Positions 17,587 to 21,374 of a stretch of DNA of 21,374 bases are shown here, one piece after another. The position numbers and the translations under genes were made by a program. The notes below the pieces were generated by a model that saw nothing but the letters and a program-made list of their open reading frames with translations, made no database searches and was not told where the DNA came from. Source of the DNA: Octopus sinensis (Eukaryota); assembly GCF_006345805.1 (NCBI RefSeq), contig NW_021823856.1, forward strand, positions 1 through 21,374, given 5' to 3'. The first letter of the stretch is position 1; each line of letters opens with the position of its first letter.

Positions 17587-18474
17587 TATAAATAGCGAGT
17601 TTGAGAAATGAGTTAGAGGCCGGAAGATAGAGTAGGGGGATTATAGTGTAGTGGGAAGAGAAAACAGAAATGTAGAATGGTAAAGACGGATAGAAATTAG
17701 TGAGTGACATGGAAACAAACTGGAAATCAGAAAGAGGGAAGATAAAAAAGACAGAAAAGGAGGGAAGGAGTAAAAATAAATGGAAAGATGGCAGAAAGAT
17801 GGCAGAATAGTAAAGCATAAATATTGGCGAATTTTAAGACCGTTAAAGGAAATTAGTTGGTCACAAAAGAGAGGCAACAAGAAAGATGGATGTTGTAATG
17901 AAAAAACAGAAATTACAGAAGGGTAAGAAAGATTAGAGAAATTGCAGAAAATAAAGATGAGGGTAGGGAAGAAACTGGAGTCTGGTGAATACTGAAAGAG
18001 GAAATAAAAATTGTGGAGTGGTCAGAAAAAAACAGAAATCAGTGAAAAACTAGAAAAAAAACAGAAAAACTTTTTAAAGGAAATTAAGGAGTGACAAGGA
18101 ACACAGGTGAGAAGAACGTTCGGAAACAAGGCATAACAGAAGAGTAATTAAGGTAATCATATTTTAGGAAACTAAGATAAAAAAAAAACAGAAAACAAAA
18201 AAAACGAAATACACCTGGCGCAATCGTTAGACGTTGCTATTGTTATTTCTAGCATGTTGAGCAACCACCTGGAGGTTTTGTTGTTAGCTCGTGTGTATGC
18301 GTATGCGCATGAGTGAGTGCGTGTGTGTGCGTGTATTAATTGATGTGATAATATTGTAGTCATCTTCACACCTAAGCATTAATTAACATTCGATAATTAC
18401 TTCACTAAAGCATGCTGTCTGTGGCTTCCATATCTGTTTGCTCTCTTCTTTTTATCTATAACCGTCTGTCTGCC

Positions 18475-18666
18475 TGCCTGTTCTATTCGTCCGTCCGTCT
18501 GTCTGTTTGGTAGCATGTCTGTCCGCCTGCCTGTCTATCTGTCTGTCAATCTGTCAGCCTGCCCATCTCTGTCCGTCCGTCTGTCTGTCTATCCGTTTGA
18601 CTGTATATCCGTCTGTTTGTCTGTCTATCTGTCTCTCTTCTCTCTCTCTCTCTCTCTCTCCTCTCT

Positions 18667-18707
<41 letters not shown>

Positions 18708-18725
18708 ATATATATATATATATTT
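18475..18725. repeat. Compound (TGTC/CGTC)n, (TC)n, (TA)n microsatellite
   Basis: Directly visible. Confidence 0.9.
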
Positions 18726-18991
18726 ACCCCACCTCCTTCCCTTCTCTCTTACACTTTAATATCATCTGAACATTGAAATCCTTCTGCAACCCTCACTGTC
18801 TCACGTACCCCTCTCCCTCCTTTGTTATTCTTTCCTTCTATAAGACATGGTTGCATGGCTAAATATTGTGGCAACCTTTCGTCTCCCCTTAACTTTCAAT
18901 CAGTAACCACACAATTTTCTCTAACTAACACTAGACAAACCACATCTACCTGGATTCCTTAATTGAGTGGGTCACTAGGGGCACAAAACAT

Positions 18992-19069
18992 GAGCCTGGC
19001 TGTGTGGTGAAATCGTTTGCTCCGCAATCGTATGGTCTTGAACTCAGTTCCACTGCTTGGAAGGTTGGG
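18992..19069 (+). mobile_element. Old family A-like head fragment
   Basis: TGGCTGTGTGGTGAAATCGTTTGCT..ATGGTC..TCAGTTCCACTG. Confidence 0.65.
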
Positions 19070-19166
19070 TCACTATTAACTAAAGCAGCGGAACCCAACC
19101 TGGGGTCCGCAAGGTTAGTGCGGATGTGGCGGGGTGGGGGTGGGGGGCTAAATTCAAAATTTCATA

Positions 19167-19323
19167 GGAGTGGCTGTGTGGTAAGTAGCTTGCTTACCAA
19201 CTACATGGTTCCGGGTTCAGTCCCACTGTGCGGCACTTTGTGTAAGTGTCTTCTCCTATAGCCTTGGGCCGACCAAAGCCTTATGAGTGGATTTAGTTAA
19301 TGGAAACTGAAAGAAGCACGTCG
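19167..19323 (+). mobile_element. Family A SINE head, well preserved, ending at its internal (TA)n
   Basis: GGAGTGGCTGTGTGGTAAGTAGCTTGCTTACCAACTACATGGTTCCGGGTTCAGTCCCACTG...GGAAACTGAAAGAAGCACGTCG(TA)n. Confidence 0.92.
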
Positions 19324-20319
19324 TATATATATATATATATATATATTATATATGTTATCATTTCCTCAGTATCTGTCCTTTTTGTAGTTTCAATTCTATC
19401 ATCCAGGGACGACTTAACATTTTAAAATCGTAGAGAAAGTTGGCTGCAAATGCTGTGCCGCCTCTGCATCTTTTTCAAACATCGATTACAAAATTACCCA
19501 ATGAGTTGCCGAAAAACTGTGTCAATGACCAGGATGCAGACAGTGCGACGAAAATTTTAAAACCAACTAAAAGGTGATTAAACGAAGTTAACAGCTTTTG
19601 TGAGTTTATTAATGGCTAAAATGTGTCTTGCATGTTGTAATTTCTTCAGTTACATGACAGTCTCAGGCTAAATTACTTGCCTGACAAGAACAATCCCTAG
19701 ATATTATCTTAGCATTTCTATATCAAACAAGCGACTTTCGCTATAATAAGGAGACTTAGATAAGTTAGACATGCATTGAACAATATTGGTCGGGTTATTT
19801 TGAACTTCAACGTTCTACCCGATAAGTCGTTTAGTTTTTTCACTTACAATTACGTCATGCCCCGCGTCACTATAACCCACTCAATAAAGGAGTTGATTTT
19901 GGTCTAAACGTACCGTGGCATAAATGATTCATATAGTATTTTCCCAGCTACAGATTTAAGGTTTAGAGGTTTATCTATCAACCTCATTCAATATAGGATA
20001 ATGTTAAATAAGGCCAGGCAATTTGACGCAAAACTGTTGATTCCAAATATGTGCATATGGTCTAAGTTTGATAAATGTAAAAGGAATTTGACACAATGAC
20101 TCAATGTTGAATAATTTTTAAACTCGATGTAAACATCATTGCAGTAATATTACTATTGCTATGTTTAACAGAAACGTTCACTGGTTGATAATCACAAACG
20201 GTATTTATGTTCCAATTTCCATAAGCAAAGAAGGCGGCAACGAGAAACACGTAGGGGCTATGTACAATGATTGAACTTTTAACGAATTCTGCATACATAG
20301 ACACATACAAGCGAACATA

Positions 20320-20409
20320 TATAATATAAAAATATATATTTAAATATAAATAAAATATATATATATATATTTATGCATATATAATAACATATATATACAT
20401 GTATATATG

Positions 20410-20461
<52 letters not shown>

Positions 20462-20614
20462 TATGTGTAGGTAAATATATATTATATATAGTATATATAT
20501 ATATGTATATATATATATGCATATATATATATATATATGATATATATATATATGGCATTATATATAATATATATATATATATATATATGTATAAAATATA
20601 TATATACATGTATA

Positions 20615-20665
<51 letters not shown>

Positions 20666-21218
20666 CCTACACATAGACACCAATATTTACCTATCGACTT
20701 ATCTATCAATTATCTCTCCCTCTCTCTCTACAAACATGTAAATATACAGATACAAATAGGTATTATACTCTATATGTTACATATACACCATACATACATA
20801 CAAACATATATATATATATCTATATTTATATATACATATATATATATGAATGTATATATATATATATATAACATATATATATATATATGATTGTATATAT
20901 ATATATACACATACATATATATATATATATATGTATGTATGTATACTAGCACACAAATGACTACAAGGACACATAAATACAAATATACAGTTTTTATATG
21001 CGAAAATATGTCCATGTATGTATGTATATCTTTATATGTGCATTTGAGTCTCTCTCTCTCTCTCTCTTCTCTCTGAATATATATATATATGTATATATAT
21101 ATGTATATATGTATATATATATAGTATTATATAATATATATTATATATATATATATACACACTCACATATATATACACGAGTATGTGTGTGTGTTTTCAT
21201 ACATACATATATACATAC

Positions 21219-21263
<45 letters not shown>

Positions 21264-21330
21264 TATATACGCATAATAAATACGTATATGTGTGTATGTA
21301 TGCAATGTCTATAAATGAACATAAAACGTA
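20320..21330. repeat. About 1 kb of interrupted (TA)n/(TATG)n/(TC)n microsatellite
   Basis: Directly visible. Confidence 0.95.
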
Positions 21331-21374
21331 CAGCGGTATGATCATCAGCAGTCTTATACACAATACATCACTCA

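Larger units (their letters stand above)
16540..18200. repeat. Long purine-rich decayed repeat field built on AAACAGAAAT
   Basis: Many dispersed (A)AACAGAAA(T) motifs at irregular spacing; strong strand asymmetry. Confidence 0.75.

Noticed and set aside
5966-21363. Many ORFs rich in YI, YLSI, TT, PP, EE or SS runs
   Set aside because: They are translations of (TA)n, (TATC)n, (CCA)n and (GAA)n microsatellites, with no coding signal.

Overview
Repeat-saturated, apparently non-genic eukaryotic DNA. The SINE families and the density of (TA)n/(TATC)n/(GAA)n tracts point to an octopus or other coleoid cephalopod genome (inferred from recalled repeat sequences, not from a search). No host protein-coding gene, tRNA, rRNA or CRISPR array is supportable; almost all listed ORFs are microsatellite read-throughs. 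Contents: about 20 tRNA-derived SINE copies or fragments of at least 6 families (working labels A, B, D, E, F, H), a decayed RTE-clade LINE fragment, two 3' fragments of an L1/Tx1-like LINE (label C), a hAT MITE, a Tc1/mariner MITE, a probable solo LTR, a 478-bp tandem duplication and a 29-bp minisatellite. The most interesting signals are (1) both Tx1-like copies sit inside (TATC)n arrays, and one carries a twin-priming-type 5' inversion plus a 13-bp microinversion; (2) several minimal hammerhead-ribozyme-like motifs of the Penelope-like-element type lie near (TA)n tracts; (3) a dimeric SINE has been amplified as a unit and its left monomer carries the Tx1-like 3' tail; (4) a short SINE insertion appears to have captured an inverted 30-bp copy of nearby DNA. 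All alignments and structures were done by eye.
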